DNA from: Ignavibacteria bacterium
GTDB taxonomy: Bacteria; Bacteroidota; Ignavibacteria; Kapaibacteriales; Kapaibacteriaceae
NCBI GenBank assembly: GCA_016873895.1
Contig: VGVV01000003.1
Coordinates: 275,747 to 339,746, forward strand
Length of the DNA stretch: 64,000 nt
Direction of reading: 5' to 3'
A program made the translations under genes and the position numbers. Positions 50,546-58,745 of the stretch are shown here, piece by piece (position 1 is the stretch's first letter; every line of letters starts with the position of its first letter). Below the pieces are notes generated by a model that was not told where the DNA came from, did not search any database, and was given only the letters and a program-made list of their open reading frames with translations.

Positions 50546-51267
50546 GTCCGAACGCACGATTCCATTCGCTTGTAGACCTCGATGACGCAGAGCTGGAGCG
50601 CCAGCTGCTCCAGGCTGGCAACTTGTATCCTACGCAAAGCAAAGAGGGAAGTAAGCTCTTTGATGCCAACGGTAACATGCCCCTTTCCGATGAAGAAAGG
50701 GAGCATATGATCCTTGCTGTAGAAACCAAGTTTTCCGAGATTTTTGATCTCATGCGCATCGACCGCAATGACCCGAACAGCACCGACACTCCATTTCGGT
50801 TGGCTCGCATGTGGGTGAATGAGCTCTTTGCAGGCAGGTACTCAGCAGCACCGAAAATCACCGTGTTTCCTAACAGACGAGACGTGGGAGAGATCGTTAT
50901 CTCCAAGGGGATCAAAGTGATGAGCGTATGCTCGCATCACTGGCAACCAATCAGCGGAGTATGCTCGATAGGCTACATTCCTAGGGAAAAAGTCATTGGT
51001 TTATCAAAGTTCACACGCATCGTGGAGTGGTTCTCAAGAAGAGGGCAGATCCAGGAGGAATTGGGTGAGCAAATCGCAGATTTTCTCGTGGAAATTCTCG
51101 ATCCAGTTGCGGTGGGTGTTGTGATCGATTCCAAGCATTACTGCATGATAGCACGAGGTGTTGAGGCGCACGACTCCAGTTCTATGATTACATCGGTTAT
51201 GCGTGGAGAACTAGCGAGAAACACAACATTGCGCTCAGAGTTTCTTCAACTCATCAGCGAGCAGTAG
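50542..51267 (+). CDS. folE: GTP cyclohydrolase I
   Basis: DTPFRLA, CSHH, GLSKFTR, QIQEEL, HYCMIARG. Confidence 0.93.
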   Translation: MSPNARFHSLVDLDDAELERQLLQAGNLYPTQSKEGSKLFDANGNMPLSDEEREHMILAVETKFSEIFDLMRIDRNDPNSTDTPFRLARMWVNELFAGRYSAAPKITVFPNRRDVGEIVISKGIKVMSVCSHHWQPISGVCSIGYIPREKVIGLSKFTRIVEWFSRRGQIQEELGEQIADFLVEILDPVAVGVVIDSKHYCMIARGVEAHDSSSMITSVMRGELARNTTLRSEFLQLISEQ

Positions 51268-51279
51268 TTTGCCAGCGTC

Positions 51280-51900
51280 ATGACGCTGGACTACGAGAAG
51301 CCATTATGGGAACAATCCGTCTCACCGATCGGTGTAGACGAAGCAGGTCGTGGCGCACTTGCCGGTCCGGTCGTTGCAGCCGCAGTTATCCTGCATCAGG
51401 ATGGCATACCTATGGGTCTTAATGACTCTAAGAAATTGTCGCCGAATCAGCGAGAGCGCCTGAAAGGCCAGATCCTAAATAGTGCAGTATCGTGGGCTGT
51501 AGGCATTATCGACGCTCAGCGTATCGATACTATCAACATTCTACAGGCAACATTCGAGGCGATGCACCTGGCCATCAACGAATGTATTTGTAATGTTGGT
51601 AACGTAGAATCTGTACACCTCTTGGTTGATGGTAATCGATTCGCCCGACATGAGCAGCCCCATACAACGATCATTCGAGGTGACGGCATCTCACCGAGCA
51701 TTGCTGCAGCATCAATTCTTGCAAAAACCACACGAGACCATCTGATGAAGCATCGTGTGCACGAGACGTATCCGAACTATGGTTTTGACGTGCACAAAGG
51801 CTACGGTACGGCACGGCATCGTGCTGCTATCATCCAACATGGAGCTTGTACTGAGCACAGGTTGAGTTTCCTGTCAAACATCCTGCCTGCAAGTGCTTAG
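51280..51900 (+). CDS. rnhB: Ribonuclease HII
   Basis: GVDEAGRGALAGPV, DSKKL, VDGN, AAASILAK, HKGYGT. Confidence 0.95.
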   Translation: MTLDYEKPLWEQSVSPIGVDEAGRGALAGPVVAAAVILHQDGIPMGLNDSKKLSPNQRERLKGQILNSAVSWAVGIIDAQRIDTINILQATFEAMHLAINECICNVGNVESVHLLVDGNRFARHEQPHTTIIRGDGISPSIAAASILAKTTRDHLMKHRVHETYPNYGFDVHKGYGTARHRAAIIQHGACTEHRLSFLSNILPASA

Positions 51901-51901
51901 C

Positions 51902-53245
51902 ATGCTTACACTACCTGATCTTGCAGTCATCATTGGCTCGTTGATAGCAGTCTTTGTTGCAGCTCGAAAAGGGGCTCATGGTGGAGTGTCAGATTACCTG
52001 CTTGCTGGACGAAAGCTCACAACCCCATTCTTTGTGGCGTCTCTTGTGGCTACGTGGTATGGTGCAGTTCTGGCCTCTGGTGAGTTCATTGTACGATATG
52101 GCATGGGATTCATTCTCTGTTTCGGTCTACCATACTACGTTATCGCTATAGCCTATGCTGCTGCACTCTCGAAACGTGTACACACGTCGGCGGCATTAAC
52201 AATCCCAGAGCAGTTTGGTATCGCATACGGTAGGCACGGACGAACCTGTGCTTCCATCATGCTGCTCGTTATTTCTACACCCGCGAGCTACCAGTTAATG
52301 ATTGGTTTGCTCGTATCACAAATCTTAGGTGTTTCAACGTTGTGGGGAATAGCACTTGGTACGCTTGTTTCGATAGCGTACATCCTTGATAAAGGCTTGC
52401 GCAGTGATGTGTACGCAAACGTAGTCCAGTTCGTTCTCATGTACGCCGGAATGATTGTTCTTGTAGCCTCGGCGATGTGGCACTATGGCAACCCCATACA
52501 GATGTGGCAGGCCCTTCCAGAGCAGGCTATCGCGATGCCGGGTGCAATCGGATGGACAGGTGTTATCGGCTGGATGTTTATTGCCTTGCAAACGTTCATT
52601 GATCCAAACTTCTATGTACGTACCGTAGCCGCATCCGACGAGCGAACTGCGCGTAGGGGATTGGCACTCAGCGTTGCATTTTGGATGGGTTTTGATTCAC
52701 TGCAACTTCTTGCAGGACTCTACATCGTTGCGTATGCTCCAAACATCCAACCAACAGAATCGTACCTTGCTTTTGCGTCTGCAATTCTACCTCCAGTTTC
52801 ATACGGTCTCTTCATAGCATCGCTTCTAGCTGCAGTTATGTCTACCCTCGATGGATATGCGCTATCAAGCGCAATGATGCTGGTGCGTGACACAATACCA
52901 TCGCTAGGCAGCAAGTATCATGAGCTCCATCGGTACCGTGCAGCCCTGCTAGCAGTAGTGCTTATTGGTGGATGTATAGGCTACGTTGTGCCGAGTATCA
53001 TTGATATCATTTTCTATTCAGGATCGATCGCAGTTTCTGCACTCCTGATACCGTTAATTGTTTCCTTCACAAGGCACTCGACGATTCTCAATGGCATGAT
53101 TGTGCCACAGTTGATCGCTCCCGCGGCGGCAGCAATAGTATCTCTGGCCACTCAACATGGAGAACCAATATTTGTTGGGCTCACGACATCATTCCTCATC
53201 TTTGGTATCTCACTCATTCGCGCACGGTATGCAACCACTAGATAA
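51902..53245 (+). CDS. Sodium:solute symporter family protein
   Basis: DYLLAGR, SLVATW, GLRSDVY, AAVMSTLD; many TM helices; ATG start at 51902 (alternative GTG 51893). Confidence 0.85.
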   Translation: MLTLPDLAVIIGSLIAVFVAARKGAHGGVSDYLLAGRKLTTPFFVASLVATWYGAVLASGEFIVRYGMGFILCFGLPYYVIAIAYAAALSKRVHTSAALTIPEQFGIAYGRHGRTCASIMLLVISTPASYQLMIGLLVSQILGVSTLWGIALGTLVSIAYILDKGLRSDVYANVVQFVLMYAGMIVLVASAMWHYGNPIQMWQALPEQAIAMPGAIGWTGVIGWMFIALQTFIDPNFYVRTVAASDERTARRGLALSVAFWMGFDSLQLLAGLYIVAYAPNIQPTESYLAFASAILPPVSYGLFIASLLAAVMSTLDGYALSSAMMLVRDTIPSLGSKYHELHRYRAALLAVVLIGGCIGYVVPSIIDIIFYSGSIAVSALLIPLIVSFTRHSTILNGMIVPQLIAPAAAAIVSLATQHGEPIFVGLTTSFLIFGISLIRARYATTR

Positions 53246-53762
53246 ACTCTACACAGCTTCGAATGCAATTTCTGCGCTCCGTGGCCTAATGACAATTCCC
53301 GTTGTCATGTGCCTACTCAGCGATCACTTCACAATTGCCTTTTGGTTATGCATTGTAGCTGCATGGACTGATTGGTTGGATGGATTTGTTGCTCGCCGCA
53401 CACATACAGTGAGTGAATGGGGCATGATTATCGATCCGCTAGCCGATAAGATACTAGTAGGAGCAATTGTCGCCATATTGCTTATCAAGGGCCGATTACC
53501 CCTGTGGTATGTATCAGTTGTACTCTCACGCGATCTAGTGATTCTACTAGGTGCTCAGTGGCTGAAGAGCAAAAACGATCTTGTATTGCCCTCGATGATG
53601 ACCGGTAAACTTGCTGTTACCGCAATTGCTCTGACTGGCGCGCTATCCATGCTCTTTGATAGCACATCATTGTTCGTAGTAGGGCCACTCTACATGTCTT
53701 GTGCTCTAATGGCTCTATCTTTGTTGGTATACGGAAAGAGATTGCATGGGCTTGCTCGATAA
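53229..53762 (+). CDS. CDP-alcohol phosphatidyltransferase (PgsA-like)
   Basis: TDWLDGFVAR...G..IDPLADK motif; start at the ATG at 53229. Confidence 0.9.
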   Translation: MQPLDKLYTASNAISALRGLMTIPVVMCLLSDHFTIAFWLCIVAAWTDWLDGFVARRTHTVSEWGMIIDPLADKILVGAIVAILLIKGRLPLWYVSVVLSRDLVILLGAQWLKSKNDLVLPSMMTGKLAVTAIALTGALSMLFDSTSLFVVGPLYMSCALMALSLLVYGKRLHGLAR

Positions 53763-54741
53763 AATAAAGCAGAAATTCACGGACGTAGCAGACGCACTGT
53801 CGTTTGACCGACTCAAAGAGGGTCTGGCAAAGACGAGGGACTCATTTGTAGGCAGGCTCCGCAGTTTGCTAAGCGGTCGCACGATAGACGATGCCCTGCT
53901 GCGCGATATCGAGGAAATTCTCATTACTTCCGATGTGGGCGTAACCACCAGCGAGAAGATCATAGCCCGACTCAAAGAGCGGGTTCGTGAAGACCGTGTA
54001 ACAGATTCTGAAGTCATCATTGATATACTCAAGGATGAAATTGCAGACCTCATTGCCAGCTCGCCTTCGGCTGCAAACGATACGTCTTTTCGTATTGATG
54101 AGGCCGACAAGCCCCATGTCATCATGCTGATTGGAGTTAATGGAGTTGGCAAGACCACTACGATCGGAAAGCTTGCACATAACTACAAGCGTGCAGGCAA
54201 GATGGTTCTTATTGGCGCTGCGGATACTTTTCGTGCAGCCGCCAACGAACAATTAGAGGTATGGGCTCAGCGCGCAGGTGTAGATATTGTTCAACAACAG
54301 CATGGGGCTGATCCAGCGGCGGTAGCCTACGATACGTTACAGTCTGCCAAAGCACGCGGTACAGACGTGGTCATAATCGACACAGCGGGCCGATTACACA
54401 ATAAGCAAGGACTGATGAAGGAATTGGAAAAAATCAGTCGAGTTATGAAGAAGATTCATCCTACAGCACCACACGATGTATTCTTAGCCTTGGATGCTAC
54501 CACAGGTCAAAATGCTTTGCAGCAGGCACGCGAATTCACAAAAGTTGCTCCGATTACGGGCATAGTGCTTACCAAGCTCGACGGAACTGCCAAGGGCGGT
54601 GCGGTACTTGCAATCGCTGATGCAATGAGCATCCCCGTAAGATATATCGGAGTTGGTGAAAAGATCGATGATTTGCAGGTGTTCAACACAGAGGCATTCG
54701 TCGAAGCGCTGTTTGATGAAAAATCACAGCATCCAGTATGA
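53746..54741 (+). CDS. ftsY: Signal recognition particle receptor FtsY
   Basis: GVNGVGKTTT, DTFRAAA, DTAGR, TKLDGTAKGG. Confidence 0.96.
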   Translation: MGLLDKIKQKFTDVADALSFDRLKEGLAKTRDSFVGRLRSLLSGRTIDDALLRDIEEILITSDVGVTTSEKIIARLKERVREDRVTDSEVIIDILKDEIADLIASSPSAANDTSFRIDEADKPHVIMLIGVNGVGKTTTIGKLAHNYKRAGKMVLIGAADTFRAAANEQLEVWAQRAGVDIVQQQHGADPAAVAYDTLQSAKARGTDVVIIDTAGRLHNKQGLMKELEKISRVMKKIHPTAPHDVFLALDATTGQNALQQAREFTKVAPITGIVLTKLDGTAKGGAVLAIADAMSIPVRYIGVGEKIDDLQVFNTEAFVEALFDEKSQHPV

Positions 54742-55247
54742 AGGTAGGCCGGTATACATTGTTGCCCGGAAGAGTGGCATGGTTGATATTTCTGCTAGTC
54801 GGCCTTTGCTGCCTGTTGTATCTGGGAACACAAACCATCCTTTTCATTCAAGAGGCCCGGGTAGCTGTTAACATTGGTACCGACTCAACGAATACGCCAA
54901 CCCAGCGCATCGTGAACAAGTCGCACTTTGAGGCTCCATCAGACGGACTGTTACGACTTGATCAATTGGAAATGATGGCTCGTATCGTTGACTCAGCAGA
55001 TTCATTAGCACCAATAACTGCTCAGAGCTCACGTACCGAGTACATTATCAAGCTGCTCAACGAATACACTGTTTCCCTTGAAGAGTACCGATGGATTAGA
55101 AGTAGCATTGCGAGCCAACTTACAATGAATACGCGCGAAGCTAAACGAACAAATAGTCCATTAGGCAAAGCTCATCAGGTGATGATAGGGGTATTTGAAC
55201 GTCACCGTAGTTTTTTCCGCGACAGTCTCGACCAGCAGTTGTTATGA
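54738..55247 (+). CDS. Hypothetical membrane-anchored protein
   Basis: ATGA overlap with ftsY; one N-terminal TM helix then a helical domain. Confidence 0.65.
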   Translation: MKVGRYTLLPGRVAWLIFLLVGLCCLLYLGTQTILFIQEARVAVNIGTDSTNTPTQRIVNKSHFEAPSDGLLRLDQLEMMARIVDSADSLAPITAQSSRTEYIIKLLNEYTVSLEEYRWIRSSIASQLTMNTREAKRTNSPLGKAHQVMIGVFERHRSFFRDSLDQQLL

Positions 55248-55597
55248 CATCTCGTGCCATTTCGGCCCTACGGCTGGTGTATGCTGCACTTGCCTGTATG
55301 TTTCTTTGGTTTGCGTCATTGCAGTTCAACGACATTGATGCGGCATTATGGATAGTTGCATATGGTGTATCGTCCATGCTCTGCCTCGTCTCTGCATTTG
55401 GCATTCAGCATCGATTCGTCGGCCGTATCCTCGTTGGTAACTCAACCTGTCTAGCAATATGGATAGCCTTTCTCATACCTCAAGTAACAGGTCAGTTTTG
55501 GGAAGGTGAGATTGAGCGAGAACTCGGTGGACTATCGATCTCGTTTCTCGTTTCAACCGGCGAATATTTTCTTTTGAGAAAAATGTCACGTTTATAG
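55244..55597 (+). CDS. TMEM220-like small membrane protein
   Basis: F...QFND.D...W...Y and E.ERELGGL motifs; about four TM helices. Confidence 0.7.
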   Translation: MTSRAISALRLVYAALACMFLWFASLQFNDIDAALWIVAYGVSSMLCLVSAFGIQHRFVGRILVGNSTCLAIWIAFLIPQVTGQFWEGEIERELGGLSISFLVSTGEYFLLRKMSRL

Positions 55598-55639
55598 GCA
55601 TTCATGACACAGAGAAGTGAAACCACTTCTTGCTGTGCT

Positions 55640-56365
55640 ATGAAACTGTTTACAATCCTGCTCTGCTTGGCCGCCTACACCGCGCAAGCACAGATGCCCC
55701 AAATCATTGCGATCCCGCTACAGATAGAATCGCCAGACTTGCGTGATGGTCTTTACGACGTTACGGTGCGCTGGTATGATCAGGCGATAGGGGGCTTACA
55801 ATTAGGTACAGAGATGCTTACCATCAATATCAAGAGTGGCGTATCCACCATTACCCTTGGAAATGCTAGCCCCTTGCCAAGAGCACTTCTCGAGACTGGC
55901 AGCGCATGGATCAGCATTCAATTCGTCGGTGTGCAAGAGCCAACATTTCGCTATCACGTAACGCCCCAAGCATTCGCACAAACAGCCGCCTTTGCACTTG
56001 TTGCCGCCTCGCTAGACCCACGGGCAACCGGACTTGTTACCTCGATCAATGAAATGGCCGGTGCACTCGAACTGCGTGGCACTCGAGGCATTCGTGTGCA
56101 GCGTGATGGTCGAACACTCACAATCATGTCCAATCAGATTGATACAGCGGGAGAATTTCACGGAGATGGCAGGTCCTACGAATTCAGCCTGCCAATCAAC
56201 GATAGTGGGATTGCGACATCCCAACTTGAATGCTCCGTTTTTAGCCGTGAGTCCCTGATCCATGCAAGTGCATGGTTCGACAGTACATCAGCTACCTATA
56301 GAATTCGCACTTCTGCGATTCTCATGCCAGGCGAAACATTACGGTGGAAACTCATCCACCACTAA
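55640..56365 (+). CDS. Secreted hypothetical protein with tail-fibre-like motifs
   Basis: Signal peptide MKLFTILL...AQA; DGLYDVTVRWYD..GG...PQAFA beta-sandwich; LVTSINEMAG and FHGDG motifs. Confidence 0.7.
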   Translation: MKLFTILLCLAAYTAQAQMPQIIAIPLQIESPDLRDGLYDVTVRWYDQAIGGLQLGTEMLTINIKSGVSTITLGNASPLPRALLETGSAWISIQFVGVQEPTFRYHVTPQAFAQTAAFALVAASLDPRATGLVTSINEMAGALELRGTRGIRVQRDGRTLTIMSNQIDTAGEFHGDGRSYEFSLPINDSGIATSQLECSVFSRESLIHASAWFDSTSATYRIRTSAILMPGETLRWKLIHH

Positions 56366-56392
56366 TCATCATCCACTTTACGGAATAACACC

Positions 56393-57292
56393 ATGAACAA
56401 GATGCTACAACGCGCTCTTCTATGCGCAGTTTTATGCGGCGGCTCTCTTGCAATGAATGCGCAGAGCATAACCACAGGTACTCTCAAGCTGCGTAATGCC
56501 CAACCCGAAACGGTAGGAATCACGTTACCAGCTGCCGGTGTTACGGGCTATAGCATCGTTCTACCAGCTACGATAGGAACAGCTGGACAATCACTAACTG
56601 TGCAGAGTGCCGCTGGAACAACCGCTACGCTTGGCTGGACGTCTAATGACGATTGGCGCTTAGCTGGCTCATCAATCGCAGCAGGCGGCACAGGTGCTAG
56701 CCAGCAATATCTCGGAACGAGCAACTCTCAAGATCTTGTCATTGCTGCTAATGCTACCGAGGCCATCCGCATTATCGGTATCGCAGGTGCTTCGCAAGGA
56801 TTTATTGGTATTGGCACATCAACTCCACGCGCAGGCCTGGACATCGCACGCAACGTTTTGCTCTCGAATACTGGGACAGCAACAGAGCTGCGCTTTGCAG
56901 AGCCATCAGCAAGTGGAACCAATTACACAGCCTTTAAGGCTACAACTCAGGCGGCAGACGTAACCTATACACTTCCCGATGCAGCCCCAGCAAGTGATGG
57001 TATGGTCCTCCATGCAACTTCCGCAGGCGTTCTATCCTGGAAGGCCAACATGTCCAACACTCCACGTGGACTCTACACGCCAACCGTTGGACAATACATT
57101 CACAACATACCAGCCGGATACGATATCAGTGGCAGTGTTATTCCGATGGTGTCCATGATGAATCCCGCTGGCACTACGATTAGCGCTTCGGTAACTGCCA
57201 TCGATGCTGCCACCGATACGTTTACTGTGGAAACATCTGTGCCACTTGGCGCAGCAGATCGCATTGCATGGATCCTTCTAGCCCCATTCTAA
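56393..57292 (+). CDS. Secreted hypothetical protein with fibre-like repeats
   Basis: Signal peptide; two LP...G..L.....G.L.W repeats; YLGTSNSQDLVI...GFIGIGTSTP segment. Confidence 0.75.
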   Translation: MNKMLQRALLCAVLCGGSLAMNAQSITTGTLKLRNAQPETVGITLPAAGVTGYSIVLPATIGTAGQSLTVQSAAGTTATLGWTSNDDWRLAGSSIAAGGTGASQQYLGTSNSQDLVIAANATEAIRIIGIAGASQGFIGIGTSTPRAGLDIARNVLLSNTGTATELRFAEPSASGTNYTAFKATTQAADVTYTLPDAAPASDGMVLHATSAGVLSWKANMSNTPRGLYTPTVGQYIHNIPAGYDISGSVIPMVSMMNPAGTTISASVTAIDAATDTFTVETSVPLGAADRIAWILLAPF

Positions 57293-57317
57293 ACAACATC
57301 CCATTGGTTGCCATTGT

Positions 57318-58745
57318 ATGATGTACCTAACGTTGACTGCAGTTGTATGCGTCTTGAGTGCGGTTTCTTCCACCCGAGCTCAGACGATTTCGACAACCAC
57401 ATTGTTGAATCCAAGTAATACGACGCTTTCAATCGTTAATGCATCCACCGAAGGCATGCCAATCCGACTCTCCACCGGCCCCCTTGGTCAGATCATCTCA
57501 CTTGAGGTTGACTCGCGAGGGGGCACGTGGTTGAGAGGACCCGTGAGCATAGGTAGTGATGTGGGAGCAACTACTCGTGAACAGATGCGAGTTGGCCAAA
57601 TCGCCACGAACTCAGGTACTGGGATCCACGTTGCACTTACGAATACTCTGCAAAGCACCGGAGTTGCAATTCGCGACATTGGTCCCAATGGCTCTGATCA
57701 TGCAGGCTTATTGCTCACGAGTCAGGCAAATGGCACCGGTACAGGCATCCGGATCGGAGGATTACTTGGCAGCGGACGCTCAACGCTGCAAACAGGAATA
57801 GATATTGTTGGCGGACTTGGCATACGCTACAACGCGTTGTATTCAGGAATTGGGACCGCGTTGGACATTGGGGGCACAAACCCACCGAAACGAGGCATCG
57901 AGGTTGTTACTGCTGGCACAGACCATATTGGGATAACCTCACGTGCAAACACAAGTGGAACGGGAATAGTTGGTATCTCGCAATCACTCAATAGTGAGCC
58001 ACTTCTTGTGCAAGCACGAACCGGTGTTATCGGATATGCAGCATCCAACTCTGCTCTGAGCAGTGATACACTTACCGGTGCTATGGGGCAGGCAGTCCGA
58101 GCCGGTTCAGGAGGTACGCAAACAGTTTCATTCGGACTGTTCGGCCGAGCGATAAGCAGAAGCTCACAACACTCAGGAACATCAATCGGAGTATACGGAG
58201 AAGCAGCCTCGCAGTCTGTAGGACAGTACACAACAATCTCTGGCTGCTTCGTTGGGTCTGGTTCTACCTTGTCTCTGGTTGCATGTGGCGGTGATATCGT
58301 GCTAGGCGGAAGACGCGAGTTGCTTCCAAGGCAGATCGTAACACCGTTTTTTACTCAGCACAACATGCTTACAACCGTAACTACTTACGATGCATGTATA
58401 ACTGGAACAGCCTCAATCCATCAGTTGTGCTTGCCCCCTTCAGGTGGTAGTGCAGTAGTTGCTGGTTTTGTTGCAACCGTAGATGTGTCCAGTCCGGGTG
58501 TACTGAGAATTGAAACACAAGGTGCTGTTGCACAACTCGGTGGACTTGAATGTACGGTGCAGTCTGGACGAGTGGTGCACATACTTGTCGATAACGGTCC
58601 GGTGACGTTGCGGCACGATGAGATGGCCACTCCAGCAGAACTGCGATTCCAGTTGCCCAATCAGGAAGACATCGTGCTCGTATCAGGTATCGTCTACAGT
58701 TTTTGGTACGATGCACAAGATCAATGCTGGAGGCTACTCCGATGA
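57318..58745 (+). CDS. Secreted Gly-periodic beta-helix/fibre-like protein
   Basis: Signal peptide; repeated TGI.I and G..G.A units; C-terminal TLRH...RF.LP...YD...WR domain. Confidence 0.7.
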   Translation: MMYLTLTAVVCVLSAVSSTRAQTISTTTLLNPSNTTLSIVNASTEGMPIRLSTGPLGQIISLEVDSRGGTWLRGPVSIGSDVGATTREQMRVGQIATNSGTGIHVALTNTLQSTGVAIRDIGPNGSDHAGLLLTSQANGTGTGIRIGGLLGSGRSTLQTGIDIVGGLGIRYNALYSGIGTALDIGGTNPPKRGIEVVTAGTDHIGITSRANTSGTGIVGISQSLNSEPLLVQARTGVIGYAASNSALSSDTLTGAMGQAVRAGSGGTQTVSFGLFGRAISRSSQHSGTSIGVYGEAASQSVGQYTTISGCFVGSGSTLSLVACGGDIVLGGRRELLPRQIVTPFFTQHNMLTTVTTYDACITGTASIHQLCLPPSGGSAVVAGFVATVDVSSPGVLRIETQGAVAQLGGLECTVQSGRVVHILVDNGPVTLRHDEMATPAELRFQLPNQEDIVLVSGIVYSFWYDAQDQCWRLLR

